A DNA stretch of 64,000 nt from Takakia lepidozioides (taxonomy: Eukaryota > Plantae > Bryophyta), in contig CM060732.1 in the NCBI GenBank assembly GCA_030704615.1, forward strand, positions 40,300,001 to 40,364,000. Direction: 5' to 3'. This document shows positions 37,131-50,897 of this stretch, one piece after another (position 1 is the first letter of the stretch; each line of letters starts with the position of its first letter). Position numbers and translations under genes: made by a program. Under the pieces are notes generated by a model. The model ran no database searches and had not been told where the DNA came from. It worked only from the letters and a program-made list of their open reading frames with translations.

Positions 37131-38095
37131 AACATTTACTTACCATTGAAATACCCTCAGGTGTGGCCATACCGTAACCTGCACTATTTGGTGGTATGGA
37201 TGCCCCAGATATATTGTGTGGTTGTGTATCTTTATGAAAAAATCACATTAGAAAGGCTTTCTATCACCTCTCTCACCTTGAGAAAGATGTTGTATGTTCT
37301 TCATAGTCCAAATGAAGATTGCTAAGATTTCTCTCAAGATATTTTAGCTCACCCATTCAAAGCACTAGTAGTAAAACCCTCAATACACCTTGTCCACAAC
37401 ACTCCACCGCATGCATGCCCATTGCCACTTAACATTGTTCAAAGGTTGATGTGGATTTGATGTGAATTGGAATTATGTAACATCCATGACCCAAATTCGC
37501 AGTGATACCATCCATTCATAAAAACAAAGAGGGTGTGTCTGAAGTCAGATTAGAAGGCCAAGGAAAAATAACGTTGGGAAATACCAGGAGGCTTACCTCA
37601 TGAGATGAGGCCCTGCCCAGGGTAATGAGGCTAACAGACACCATCCATTGCACAACAAACAAACTACTGTCTGCGAGTCACATGACAATGGATTACACAT
37701 GGCTAGCGATCTCATCAAATTGGGCCAGCTTTGGTTGGTATAGTCTGAGGCACATATTCCATTACTGTTCAACTTGGGAAGCACCTGAATGAATGCCTTG
37801 CTTCCCACTATAAACAGAGAACCAGTCCAATATGGATCACATCCCTACTTTGCTGTGCACTTGGGATAGCATCTTTCCTACATTTAAACAGGCTGGCTGC
37901 TCCATACTAGATCACAACTCGGAAGTGATCCCTTCAAACCCCCTTAGTCAAATCCCCTGCTGTCAGTCTTTGCATCCTTGACTAAGGATGGAGATTCCCT
38001 TTAGAAGAAAAATGACAAAATCCCTCTTAACACAAGTGTGCTGAGGCCCTCAATGTCTTGATTTGCTTTAAACTAAAGACGGAAAAAGGTGCATA

Positions 38096-41000
38096 TTAAA
38101 AATACCCAGATTGGTCACGTCTTGGCTGCCCCATCTTTGCTTTTGCATATCTGTTGCCTGTCAAGATGCCATTCTTTGAAGCAAGGCTGAATTCCACATT
38201 ACCCTTTCTAGTAGGTGGTTAGTCATCCTCAACGGTGAACAGAATTATCTGAAAACTAGATAGTCATCTGCTACGCGCGAGTGCGTCAGCAATTTCTAAC
38301 TGAGTTTCAAAACCTTATGTGTTGCAATTCCAGATTCAGAGTTCCAAGAGACTTTGCCCTGAAGGGTACCTTATAGTTTATCTCCATGGTTGGTCAATGA
38401 ATACATCTCTCTCCATCCCTCCAAAGTGCTTAGCAGTTTACCTGCATGAGCCACTTTTGAGCACCTTCCCGACAATACCCAGGATGCTTTCCTGGTCAAA
38501 TCTGTAGGCAGACTGGAACATAGTTTGTGTCCCTTGCTTCCCCGTGCCATTAACTTCGAGGAATCCTATTGAAAACACTTCTGAATGAAAAAAACTGCTG
38601 AACTCACCATTGAAGAATCAATCTGTTACAAAACTATGTTGTTGTTCTAATTGTATCCCTTGGCCCTTTGGACCTCTACCTCTCTCTCTCATTGTTCTTC
38701 TCTTTAACCTTATATGGAGGACTGAAATTACCCCCTTTCGCTGGCGGCAGGGGGTCATTGTCAATTTATATAAGAAAGGTGACAGAGAAGAGCCGGGTAA
38801 CTATCGGGGCATCACGCTTCTTAATGCAGTTGGCAAGATATTCTGCAGAGTTGTAAGTACTCGTCTCGAGGTTGATCTGGAGTCCAGAGGTTGTTTCCAT
38901 GAAGGCCAAGCTGGCTTTTGGCGAAACAGGGGGTGCGTGGATCATATCTTCACACTCATCCTTGAGCTACACCTTGGTCTATGTCAAAGAAACTAGACTT
39001 CTGTCCATTTACAGTGACACAGCTTTTAGTGTGAGCATACAAGTTATGGACCACTCTCCACATCTTTCCCTTGATCCCGGAAGACCAGAGTCGGAGCCAT
39101 AGACCGTCTCTCCACACAGTGTCATAGGCCTTTTTGACATCCAGGAAAAAGACAAAAGTAGGTTTCCCTTTTTTTTTCCTTCCCTGGATAATCTGCTCTT
39201 CAATGTTTTCATCAATCAACTACAGGAGGTTCAGGGAAGTTTTCTGCCTAACTTCATTTTCTTCAGACAATTTCCTGGCAAGAGACATGCCTTCGGAAAC
39301 TTCAGCTTCTAAGCCAGATTTATCCAGCAGGGGCATGGCTAGTGGACTAAGATTCAGATCCTTGAAAATCTCTTCTACCCTTTTCCGCCAGGATTTAGCC
39401 TGTTTGACAGGGCGGTCCTGCTTCCACGATATAGAGTCGATTAACTTAGGATATCTGGTATTAGCCATACGTTGCAGCTGACCCCACCAGCTGATTTTGA
39501 ATTCATCGCGTCGGGAGCTTAAGGGAGGAATGCCAAACCCACCCCGAACAGCCACATTAGCTGTTTTGGAGCATGCTGACATGCACTCCTTGAGCACCCC
39601 GACTTGGATGGATTCAAGAGACTTAGCCTGGTTGGAGTTATCAACCCATACAGCAGATGCATACTCCAAGGCCGGCCTGATAACGCGGCAAAGCATGGTT
39701 TTTCTTACTTCAGAATTGATCCCTCTGCAGTGGAAAAATTTAGTGAGACCCAGCGCTTTGCGTTTGCCAGATTGAACCACTCTTTGAATATGTGCTTCCC
39801 AATTACAGTTGGAGGAAAACTCAACGCCAAGATAGGTGTAGGAGGGGAGAACAGGGATCTCTTGGCTTCCCCACTGCCACTTGAGATCGCCTCCTCCTTC
39901 CCCCCGGTCGTTGAATGCCACCACTGCGCATTTACTGACATTGGCCTCTAGCCCCCAAAGATCAAAGTATCTCTTTGCACAATCCATCAGCCCCTGGAGG
40001 TTGGAAGGAGTCTCCCCTATGCCTGCTGTGACATGGGTGAGGCCATCATGGATGACCTCAAGGGTCTACCCACCCTCGGCACTAGACTGAAATTCAAACT
40101 CAGGGCGGGTAGCCTACCTTTGAACAACAAACAGTCGCAGAGAGGAAAGGGGGATTGTAAGTGCCCGTTGTGTGGGCAACCTGAAGATAATATTCACTTC
40201 CTGATTCATTGTCCTGGGTACTCTCACCAACGGGACACCCTCTTCATTTCCATCAAGGAAATTGTGCCTGTACCTCTGTTTAACAACTTTGAAAATCTTG
40301 AGGCTGAGCCAAAAGCCCAGGCCCTTTTGGGGTCTAGCTATTGGGCAAATCACACACATCAGATTGATGCTTGTGTGAAGGGATTTCTGGAGGATATCTG
40401 GAAATCTCGGATCAACTGTTTATTCCAAGGTAAACCGGCGTCAGCCCCTGACAAAGGTAGTTTCTGTCCCTATATGTTCCGTTCAAACTGGGCGCGGGGT
40501 CAATGGCCACAAGGCTACGGCAAACAATGTCTTATGAGTACATTCTCTCTCTATGGTCTGCCCAAACTGAGCGCAGGGTCTATGGCCACTAGGCCAAGCA
40601 CACAACCCAGAGTGCCACGCCGATGTCTTCCCCATGCATGTCATTTTTGTGGTAAATGCAGGGCTATAAAACTAAAACCAATCACTCTGCAACTGGGCTG
40701 TCAAGTATGCATGCAGACAAGTGCCTCTGTGAGCAACACAATGGCAGTTGCGGAAAAACAAGTTTATACCTGCAGCTGAGCTGCGGGGATAAGCTGAAGC
40801 CTCGTGGGTGCACGCCCCACAAAAAGGCACAGGGAGGGTCAGTTTCCCACAAGGTCGATGGCTGGCGATGGCAAGCCAATGTCACAGGGAACGGCATTAG
40901 TACATTCTCCCTACTGCTACGTGTTTCTTTCTTATTCTCTACAAGAGAGATGTAGAAATTAGGTCCACAAGAACGCAGGTTCAGGAGAAGGGAACCCCTC

Positions 41001-44000
41001 TACACATGGTATATTTGTAGTGACCACCCTTTCTAATCCAACATGGATAGGACTTCAGGAAGATACAAGTGCAAAAATATAGGACCAGTGCATCATCTCC
41101 TCCGAAAGATCCCATCCTAGCACTTTCATCTCATCGTAATGCTGAGATTCTATTGGATTGGGAGACCCCCTTTGATCCCATAGCCCCTTTTGGCCCCCTG
41201 TGTGCAAGAACCATGTCCTCAAGGATATTTCATGGACAACATTCACTGAGGGATGGATGTCACTCTCTCATGTGAATCAATGAATACATGTCTCTCTTGT
41301 CCTGATGCACTGGAATCAACAATGTGATCCTAGCATGCTGTGTGAACCCTTCCATCAAAACTCCTTCCCATGTAACTGGATTGTGTGGCTGTGCGCTTAC
41401 TAGCTGAGCATATATATCCTGGTATAGAAAACCCACTATTGGCTCTGGAAACAGTTGGGCACTATGCTTTCAAGGGTACATTTTAGTCAGCATTCGCAGG
41501 GAGCCGTTGATTACTAGATTCTTTCATCCAATATCTCGAACCCTCATAAACGACCAGGTTGGTTACTAGGAATGATTAAATAGTAGACCTCGCCATCATA
41601 TTTTGTTCTTTCTGTTTTAATTCAATGTTACTCCTCATCCTCCCCTTCAGAATTAGCTAAGTACATACCCAAAACATCAAAAAATGAATAATCAACAGGA
41701 GACAAGAATGAGGATACTCAACGCGCACTCCTCTCCAATCAGATGATGGAAGGACCGAGTTCTGGAGTTGTGAGAGTGCTTGAGTTGAGCACATTATATC
41801 CTGTACAAATGAACCATACATGTCATGTCATTAACATGTGATAGCTCACTGCATAACCTGGAAACCTTGACAAGAAATGAGAAGGGAAAAAGAACCCAAG
41901 AGATGTACTCTGTGGAGTTTTGCCTGCAGTACCTTGTGGACATGGAATAGGCTGTGAAAGGAGAGAGGGAATCCAAACTTGCTATTCTAGTGGCTAAATA
42001 CTAGTGGTTGGCACAATCAAGAAGTTTGGCATAAAATGCAAATTCCTCACCTACCCAATGAACTCTGCTCCCCCATATCAATAGTAGTCATGGGATAGAA
42101 TGGCTGCATTAGCCACTACCTCCATAGCAGCACCCACCTTACGCAGCAACATGATGTATCTGACAGGGATATCGTACCTGGAACTCAACAAAGGCAACTG
42201 GTAGTCCACTCTTTATCTGGTACTTCATTTTCTGGTACCCAGGAAATCTGCAAGATATACACAGGGCAGCACAAGGAGGTGGCATCCATGAGGACATGGA
42301 GATAAGATGCTCTGTTTTGGCCTTCATAACGAGACACATTTTGGGAAAACAACCTACAACATGCACATTAAAAAAATGAAATAAATATGTATTACATCTC
42401 AATAGGACAAAATGAAAGTTTGAGAAATAGACCTAGTGCAAGAGTGCATATACCATTCCTTGTGTCGGCTATGACATCCCGTAAGGGCATAGATCGGGGG
42501 ATACTGACCCTCCTGGAGCTTATGGGTACGTGAAACTCATCGCAAAACTACTGTCCAAAGCTGAAGCGCAGAGAAATGAAATGGTGCTTTATAACGTCCG
42601 CGGAAAGCTCGTAGAGCTTATGGGACAAAATGGAAGAAAACATGAGAGAGGAACAAATCCAGAAACCACAATTAATGTTCTAGCGATTGTCTAAGGGTGA
42701 AGGTAATGGACAATGTCTAAGGGTGAAGGAGAAAGAGAGAAAGAGAGAAAGAGAGACTTTGCCAAAAGGGGAGCAGAGGGGCCAAGAAGCAAGCAAGGGT
42801 ATATAAAGAGAGGAAGTGAATGAAAATTGTATCAATATTGACATCACCAAGGAGGTGATGCCATGAAACCACCAGACAATGTCAGAGAAAACATTAACCA
42901 GCAAGAATGTGCAGAGAACTGTAGCTTGTGTCCTGTGTCTAATAGAGGTGTGGTTGCTATAGTCATCAACCTTGAGTTAGTAGAAATGGACAAGGGGAAG
43001 AGTACATACAGCCAAATCAGGATTATAGCAAACAGGCTCGTCCTTAAAGGGGAGTGCACGAAATACTAAAAACCTGTTTTCAAATGAATGGGGACTTGCC
43101 TGGACAGCAATCGTGTGAGTTCATCTTCAGTGCATGTAGGTCCCAGATTTGCCAAAAAGAGTGTAGAGCATGGTGGATTGCTCCCAGGCGCTGGCGGAGG
43201 TGGTACCAAGCCCTGAAAAACGTTTTTGGGGTTGAGAAGTGTAAGGGCACAGACTTCAACCAGATTCCAACAGCTCGCAAGAAGTGAAGGGGCAAAACAA
43301 TGAGACCCCACATGACATTGCTAACGCTGATCTAGGACTTCCCCATGGAACTTGACGTTGCGTATGGATCTGTGACTGTCAATGCGTAGATGAACACTAC
43401 ATTACCAAGGAATGACTTGTAACTGTTTGTGGGCAAAATTGGGTGAATCTCAAATACCCGGTGGCTGAAACCCCACAACTGGCTGTGGTTCCCCTGGTTA
43501 TTATGCCCTTCAGAAAGTTTTCAAGCCAATGTTCACAGGATACAGTCACCAAATATTCTGGTTTGGTAGCTGACCTTCACCAGGCATTCCATCTTGATTT
43601 AGGCCTGTGGTTTTCTCGTTCTTTATTGTTTTTTTTCTTGTCCCATAGGCTCACCTGGGTTTCTGTGGACATTCTTTGTTTCTTTATTTCTCCCTCCATG
43701 TACAGTTGGTGACAGTGGGCTCCATTCTGGTCTTGCTTCCTCTCTCTTCCCTGCCTTGCTTTTCCTTCTAAACTCCACAGAGGGTCTAAGGTCACAAAGC
43801 TACGGAGCAAGGTAAAGTACATCCCTCTGCAAATCCTGACCACTAAGTGCCTCTCTGGAGTACACAGTCAGAATCTAAGCCTGTAGCCTTAATGTGCTAT
43901 GGCCCACCTATCATACAATAACATGTCAAACAAATGTGGTGAAAGTTAGTTATATCCTGAGGACTGAAACAAACAAGGAGAGATTGTACTCATAAGACGT

Positions 44001-45540
44001 TTGCCGTAGCCTTGTGGCCATTGACCCCGCGCCCAGTTTGAGCGGGTTTAAACCCTAAACAAACAAGGAGAGAAAGGGACAGACTGACCATCATACGGCC
44101 AGGTATAGCATCTTGTCCAGAATACGGAGATGACACCACCATGCCACCACTGCAAATTCCCCACCCACCATATAGCCAGCACCCATGAGCAGCATTAAAA
44201 ACCAACAAGCTTCTTACATAGTCAAAGACAGCCATTTGTAAGCTTCTTCAAATTTTACCAACTACTGGACTTACATCCTCCCCCGTAAGGTCCTGTCACT
44301 TTTCTATGATCTAGAGCCAATGGTTGGTGGGGCTTTCCCAAAAATTCCTCTGCCTTCAAATTCTGGAACTCAAACACCCTCATTTCTTCAGCAGAGTTGA
44401 AATGAGTTGTGATCAAGATGATTGATTCCTCCAGCTGATCAATAGGTTTTGTTAGCACTGCTCATTGAAATTGTTTTTAAACCATGTGGCTCCTTACCAA
44501 GGCCAAGGACGACATCAAGTTTATCCGTGGCTATTCAGAACCTCACCCAATTATCCCAGTTTCTAGTCATCTGCTTTATAGATTACCAACCCCAAGTCAT
44601 CCCCCCAGCTGCTCATCAGATCTACTAACCGATACGCCCTGTGTGGTCATCCATCCTTCAACCTTTTGACCCCGCTCATCCTTCCAATTATTACCAGTGA
44701 TGATCATAGGTATTCCTCTCATCATGGTCATTGAGGTTCACAGTCGCCTGGCCACAAACATTAGCTGAAAAAATTTCTTTTAAAGTCATACTTCACAGTT
44801 CAAGATAGTTTGATATTATTTGGTTGACCTCCTGGTGCTCAGAACTCCAGTTACAGGCAGGAGGCAATCCAAGCCAGGCCATCCACCTGTATACCCGATG
44901 CAAAATGACCCACTATGCAGTCCTTATAGTCTTTGACGGCTGGGGTGCATGTGTGTACTGTTTCACCCCATAGCTATACGTAGCTATACATCCCTGCGAA
45001 AGCCTCAGTAATGGTTCTTGAAGTTCCCACTACTTGACCTCGTTCATGTGTAGAGTTACTCGGTAACAAATGAGTCGAGTTCGTGCCCGCAATGCATATC
45101 ACCCATTGATCAACCCCATACATCAATGGTGTTGGCATGCCGCTGACTTCAGATCAACAGTCAAAAGAGCATAACAAGTTTGGGGGGAATGACTTGTGTT
45201 TAGGACACTATCACTGTGAAAGGCGAGAAAGGCCCTACCACAGGGCAAACCCCTTTCCCTCTAAGGTTAAGTAAGAGAGCCTAACCAACCATTGGCACCA
45301 ATAACCAACTCAGGTTGGTCAATGGGACACTCAATCATGTGTCCTAGACACTGTCACGGGGCCCTACAAGTGAAAGTATTTGTTAATATGTGTGTGTGTA
45401 GAATGACCTCGGTGTAGTGGGGAATCCAGTCATGTCGTTGTATACGGAGGGATGCACCATCCCAGGCATGTGCAAAGTGCCGCCAACCCCTGTGTGTGTG
45501 ACCCCCAAAACCGTGCCACCCAATTGCAATGTGCCAAGTG

Positions 45541-45580
<40 letters not shown>

Positions 45581-48500
45581 TACTACCAACGTCAGCCACT
45601 GACAGAGGTAGGTTCTGTCCCTTTTGTTCCCGCTCAAATTGGGCGCGGGGTCAATGGCCACAAGGCTACGGCAAACAACGTCTTATGAGTACAATCTCTG
45701 TCCTGACTGTGTCCTAGTGATGGAGCACAAGCTCAGAGCCCTAAACCCCACTCAGATGAAACAAAACTCTCACACACAGCTTGCGAAAATGCACGCTACT
45801 CTTTGTCTTTCAGTGAGAATGTGCCTATCTGCCCTGTATGTGCGTATGTATGTGGGCAAGACCAATAAAACAGACCCCTGAGGATCCCCCTACCAGACAT
45901 TGTTGTACAACTGGCTATGGTGGTAACATTGGCTGGTGAAATCTGTAGAACCACCATACTATGACAGACTGCAACTCAAGGCACTTATATATGCTCCCAG
46001 CCAACTATGGTGAAGCTTGATCAAGCAAATGGGGCGTCATTGACAGTGAAGCTGTAAAGCATTGTGTATTGCAGGGATTAAGTCCTGCAGGGTGAATGGC
46101 TACACGGCTCCAACAACACTCTGCAGTGCTTCGCAGCTCACTTGTGTAAGGCATTCCCTCTCAGTGGACACATGAAAATATCTTCGACCGTGACTGGCAG
46201 TGCAACCACAGAACATATCTCACACATGCTGCCAGGTAGAGTGCTAAAGAGCAGAGTTGGTATCAACCTCATTCTTTCTAGAAAGTTGTCAATGCCAGTG
46301 ATGAACGCACACTCATTTGCAAGTTGAGTCACGTACACCCTGGTGGGTTTAACCCCACAACCACATTCCCAAGCCTATGCCCTCAAGAATATGTCATAAT
46401 GACAATCCACGGTGGACTGTGGCTCTGTCCAACCTATATCATTGTGAATCCAGGACCTTAAAATATGGCAGCCATTTTCAAGCTAATGATAGATGCCAGG
46501 GACCTCCAAACAAACAAGAAAAACAGTAGGGTCTTTAATCAATCCAGCCAGGGCTTAGCAAACCAGCCTGATCTGTTGTATGATGACCGGATGCCTTCAC
46601 AACTGAATGCATAGTCTCTACAATATGGAGAGCCCAAAGAACTTAATGAAGCAAAATACCAAAACCGCTTTGATGACCAAAGCCTGGCTCTTTGTAAGGT
46701 CTTCATACCCACAGCATATGTAAGACCGAATATGTACTTTGTAATCAAAGCACCAAGTTCAAAACTTTCCTACATATAGACTGCCCTTATGTGATAACAA
46801 GTCCAACACATGCTGTGATGTTCCACAAGATTTAGGCCACTCAAATCCAAATGAAAATCGTAATATCATTGCATCCCCATCAGCTTGTCTGGAGATAGAA
46901 CTGAAGGTGCGTAATCAAAAGAAGCCAAACCTGAATCAGGATACGTCCCTGACACACCAGGTCCTCTGTACTTCTTCTCCAGTGCCCCTAGCCCGGCGTC
47001 CTCTGTCCACACATTTCCAGAAGTAGACCCCCAAATTTATGTTTTCGACTAGATATTGTTACTCACAAACTCTCATGTATAGTGCTTTCACCATAAGTGA
47101 ACCGGTGCTGGCAAAAGCCTGCCAGCAACTCCCGGTTCTTTTCTTTCTCAGCACCCCATCACAGACCAGCTACACTAAGTGGTAGTTTTAGGAATACAAT
47201 TAGTTATAACAGAGCGTTAGTAAAATTGTCAAGTAGGATCCATAGTCACCCAAGTTTGGGTGCGACTTCAGAGTATCCTCTCTCTCACACCCTTCCTGTT
47301 TGAGAAAAGAACCTCCGTTTCAAAACAGCCAAATGCACCCGCAAGTGAAAAATTCATCTGGATCTGTGTAGGATTACAGTTCACCAAGGTTGTTCTGTTC
47401 GGCCACGGCCTTACAAGAGCAGTCGGAACTGGACCTGAGCGGGAGCGCTTGGTTCTTGAGTTGGCACGGGCAAGCTCAATGTGAAGAGTAGCACCTGTCT
47501 GTGGATCAAATTTAAGCCCCTGGAAAGCATGCACTGAGAGCATCAACAGATCGGCAGCTCAAACTTCAACACTAAAGTAACTGAAAAGGCCACACATGTG
47601 CACTAGCAACTTTCGCAAGTCATGGCTCTAAAGTATTAACGCTCATAAGAAGTCAGTTCTCTCAGAGGGTGAGCTTTAAATGGTGACGGGGTTGTTGGCA
47701 ATCAAATACAGTTCCGTTATAACTGCCCTGTCCAAAGCTTTGGTCTGGTTCTTTTGTGGATGAAATGAGGTCAGGAGTTCAACTCTTGTCCTTTCCTCAG
47801 GAAACCAAGTCTTCCATTCAAAATGAAAATTTCAGAAATGAAATGAAATGGTGCTTTATAACGTCCGCGGAAAGCTCGTAGAGTTTATGGGACAAAGAAA
47901 ATCCCGAGCTCTCCATGTACACAGAACCCAACATCATTGGCCTCCACTCAATCTCATGAGTTTACACTGACAGATCCAATTTATACTCATTAAACTGATA
48001 TTCTCACTGTACCCCTAGCTTGTTGAGGCTATAAAAGCAACGGAAACTTCACAGCGGGATTCTAGGATAAGAGAACAAAAGTCGACGTGCTCACCAGATT
48101 GCTCAAGCACATGGTCATCCTTGAGTCATAGAGGCATGGAGGGTAATATATACCAGTGCCTCGACTTTTCTCTAGTCATTAGGTAATCAGACAAAAATGA
48201 GGGACCTTGTAGTTTAAGAGCATACACAAGCATCATGTCTTGACCCACTCATTAAGAGTGGGTGTGTGTCAATGAGGCTTTGTCCACAAACACTTAAAAA
48301 CGCCTCAGTTGGAAAGTAACCAGGGGCCATTCCAGCAACCGAATCTATCTGACAACAAACAGTGCCTATGTACTCCCAATGCTAGTTACACCATCATGCA
48401 AAGGGTCAGGAGGTTTGTACATTTAGAGCCTCCTTTGCCTTCAGAGCAGATTCCTGGTCTCTGAACACTGCAAACGCTACGATCTGCCACAAAACATGAA

Positions 48501-50074
48501 TGAACACAACATCAGAAATATATTCAACCCATACAAGGTTAATTAAGCCATGAGTTCAACTCCTGACCTTCACTATGGGCACTAAGACTCTTCGCCGTAC
48601 ATTGAGCTCCCATCCAAGAGGGGAAAACCCCAGTATACCATGAAAAGATTGGGGTTTCGCCAGTGTGTTCACTTCACTCCTAAGCAAAAAAAAACCTTTG
48701 AAGAGCAAGTCCCTTTTGCACATTTTCTACCACTTGACTCATCCATAAATGTAATAGATATACCAGATCCTAATTGTTGTGGATGCTACCAACAACCTAG
48801 GGGTTCACGGAGATGTGACCTCACTTGACTCTTGTTATACGTAAGTACTCTTTATTAACTGCTCGGTACATACAAGAAAGTGCTGCTGAGTGCAGTTCAC
48901 TGGGACCTCTGTATGTGATGTCACAAGGATTCCCGAGACAGCCAACAGCAGACCAAACTTCATTGTAAAATGTTGGGGATTGTGGACCTCTAGGGAAAAT
49001 CAGTCCACAAGTCTGGGACACAATTGTAATACATACAAAAAAAGCAAAAAGAGAGATGGGATGCCTGTGTGGGTACTAAGATTGCTTGTAAGACCTAGGA
49101 CAGCTAGGAACAAAGGGCACAGTCGGGAGTTATCTAACACTGACATGATTGATTAGATTTTCTTTTCTATCACACTTGCACTTTTGAATAGCCCAGCACT
49201 GCGGGTACAGTAAGGTGATATGGCCTTAACATCCACATGGGTCCTGTGTCAGAGTAGACATGAGAGTAAGATGAGTCCTAAGAAGAGCAGAGCTCTCTGA
49301 CCAATTCAGTAGGCCTCAATAAGGCCTGATCAGAGCTCTATGCTCATCGCACTAAGCAGAGTCACCTCAAACCTTCCCATGTGAATTAATTGCAATGTCC
49401 ATGGAAGCTTCCACCAGAGAGCCACATCACCCTTTGTGCCCTACCATATCAAAGGTTAATTTCAAGGCTGCATTAACATGCTTCCCCCACTTACCTGCAG
49501 GATTGGGTATGTGTTTCAATCCTCGAAGGTTTTTAAGTCCCTGCCTTTCACAAACATGGTCTCCCGAAAGACCTCTATGTACTCCAGTATCCCCAGCATT
49601 CCATGCCCCTCTTCTCTCTCCTATACTGGCAATCCAACTTGAGGAACAAATCCTAATGACCCATCTTCCCCATCGTCAATGTTCACTGTGAACACCTGGC
49701 AGCCAAAACGAGGGAAAGACAAGGCCTCTGCCCTCAATTTGGCGTCCAATAGACCCTTTCTCCATCCATCCCCCATTCTCCCACACACATAGACAAGTTG
49801 AGACGTCACAATTTCAGCCAGGCACTCTTTCCCTCACAGTGCCTCCTGACCAAAATATCAAACGTTCTAACATGTTCTCTTTCCTTCCCCATCCCCTTCC
49901 TCCTCTGAGAACTGATAGACTTGATGAGAGATATACCTGGTAGCCGCGTCCCGAGTACTTGAGCTGGCAAGATTCATAGCCAGCATACATTCGAAACAAG
50001 TTGTAAATCTCCCTCTCCTTGACGTCATCCGGCAGGCCAGACAGGAACAGTGTCTTTACCTCCTCGTCCGCCAT
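38096..50074 (-). CDS. Two-RRM RNA-binding protein of the RBPMS/U1A-like plant family (nuclear speckle RBP-like), 273 aa, 10 exons
   Basis: Exons 49937-50074, 48421-48483, 47435-47519, 46931-47002, 45408-45489, 44089-44149, 43100-43212, 42178-42247, 41718-41800 and 38096-38150 sum to 822 nt in frame. MADEEVKTLFLSGLPDDVKEREIYNLF..FDPQTGATLHIELARANSR..NPPCSTLFLANLG..VAFVEFQD..RVEYAKAKMG. Confidence 0.92.
38670..40600. mobile_element. Rearranged RTEX-like LINE inside the last RRM-gene intron
   Basis: RT segment 1 on + (38680-38955), segment 2 on - (38956-39219), segment 3 on - (39220-40030), CxxC..HxxxxC knuckle and 3' tail on + (40040-40600). Confidence 0.85.
42571..42630 (-). repeat. Short dispersed repeat, probable LINE/SINE 3' end with an (ATTTC)n tail; also at 47836-47896 and, inverted, ~20085-20170
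   Basis: gaaatgaaatggtgctttataacgtccgcggaaagctcgtagag(c/t)ttatgggacaaa is near-identical at the two intronic sites. Confidence 0.7.
43980..44045 (-). repeat. Extreme 3' tail of the RTEX-like LINE
   Basis: Reverse complement of aactgggcgcggggtcaatggccacaaggctacggcaaac..atgagtacaatct. Confidence 0.8.
45543..45700 (+). repeat. (CT)n microsatellite plus RTEX-like LINE 3' tail
   Basis: (CT)n at 45543-45576; 45605-45700 matches 40455-40545. Confidence 0.8.
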
Positions 50075-50897
50075 CGCTGGCACAACCACCGAGAGACCGA
50101 GAGAATTCAAAAAGTCTTAAGGCCCTATTCACATCTAAGGATGCTGCTGCTGTTGCAAAGTTGAATTGGGCAGCTGCAGTAGGGAGAAACGGCAATCACA
50201 ACACAAAAGAAATTAGATAAAAAGCCAGCTCATGTTTCTCACACACATATACTAACAAACCAGCCCAAAACCATAATAAACTAATACTGAGCCAACCTCA
50301 CGCGGCCGGATACAGCTCTCTCTTTCTCTCACACAAACAACACACACATATAAACATGAAAGCAAAAAACACAAGACCGAAAATACCTGGTATGAGTAAT
50401 GGGCAAAAGAGGGCCGGGCTCGACTAAGGTGGGTCCAATCATGTAACCATTTGCTATGGAGAGACGAAGTACAGAGAATTGGTGGCGGGAGCGCGATGGT
50501 AGTGGTGGTAACCACCCTGATCGAGGTGGCGTTGACAATATGGTTATGCAGGCTACCTGTCCTCATCTTTTCCGTTGGGCTATGCCGGACAGGGAATGTT
50601 TGGATGATATTGGAATATGCTCAAGCCTCGACAGAGTGATGCTCTGACGAGTTATAGCACCAAAGGAGCATATGATCCTTCCTCGCAGCTTCCATGGATC
50701 CATTGCAGAAGGACCATGCCCCTTTGCACTCTACAATGTCAGCTAGCCTCTTCTACAAGCACTGCACATGATCGTTGTTGTTCCTTTCATCCGGCTCCTC
50801 TTTTGTCTTGTTATTTAGGATTCATGTTTGGCTTCATAGTTTGATTGTGCATGAGAGGGAGGGGAAGAGAGCCTGCAGTGGTTGTGTATTCAAACTA

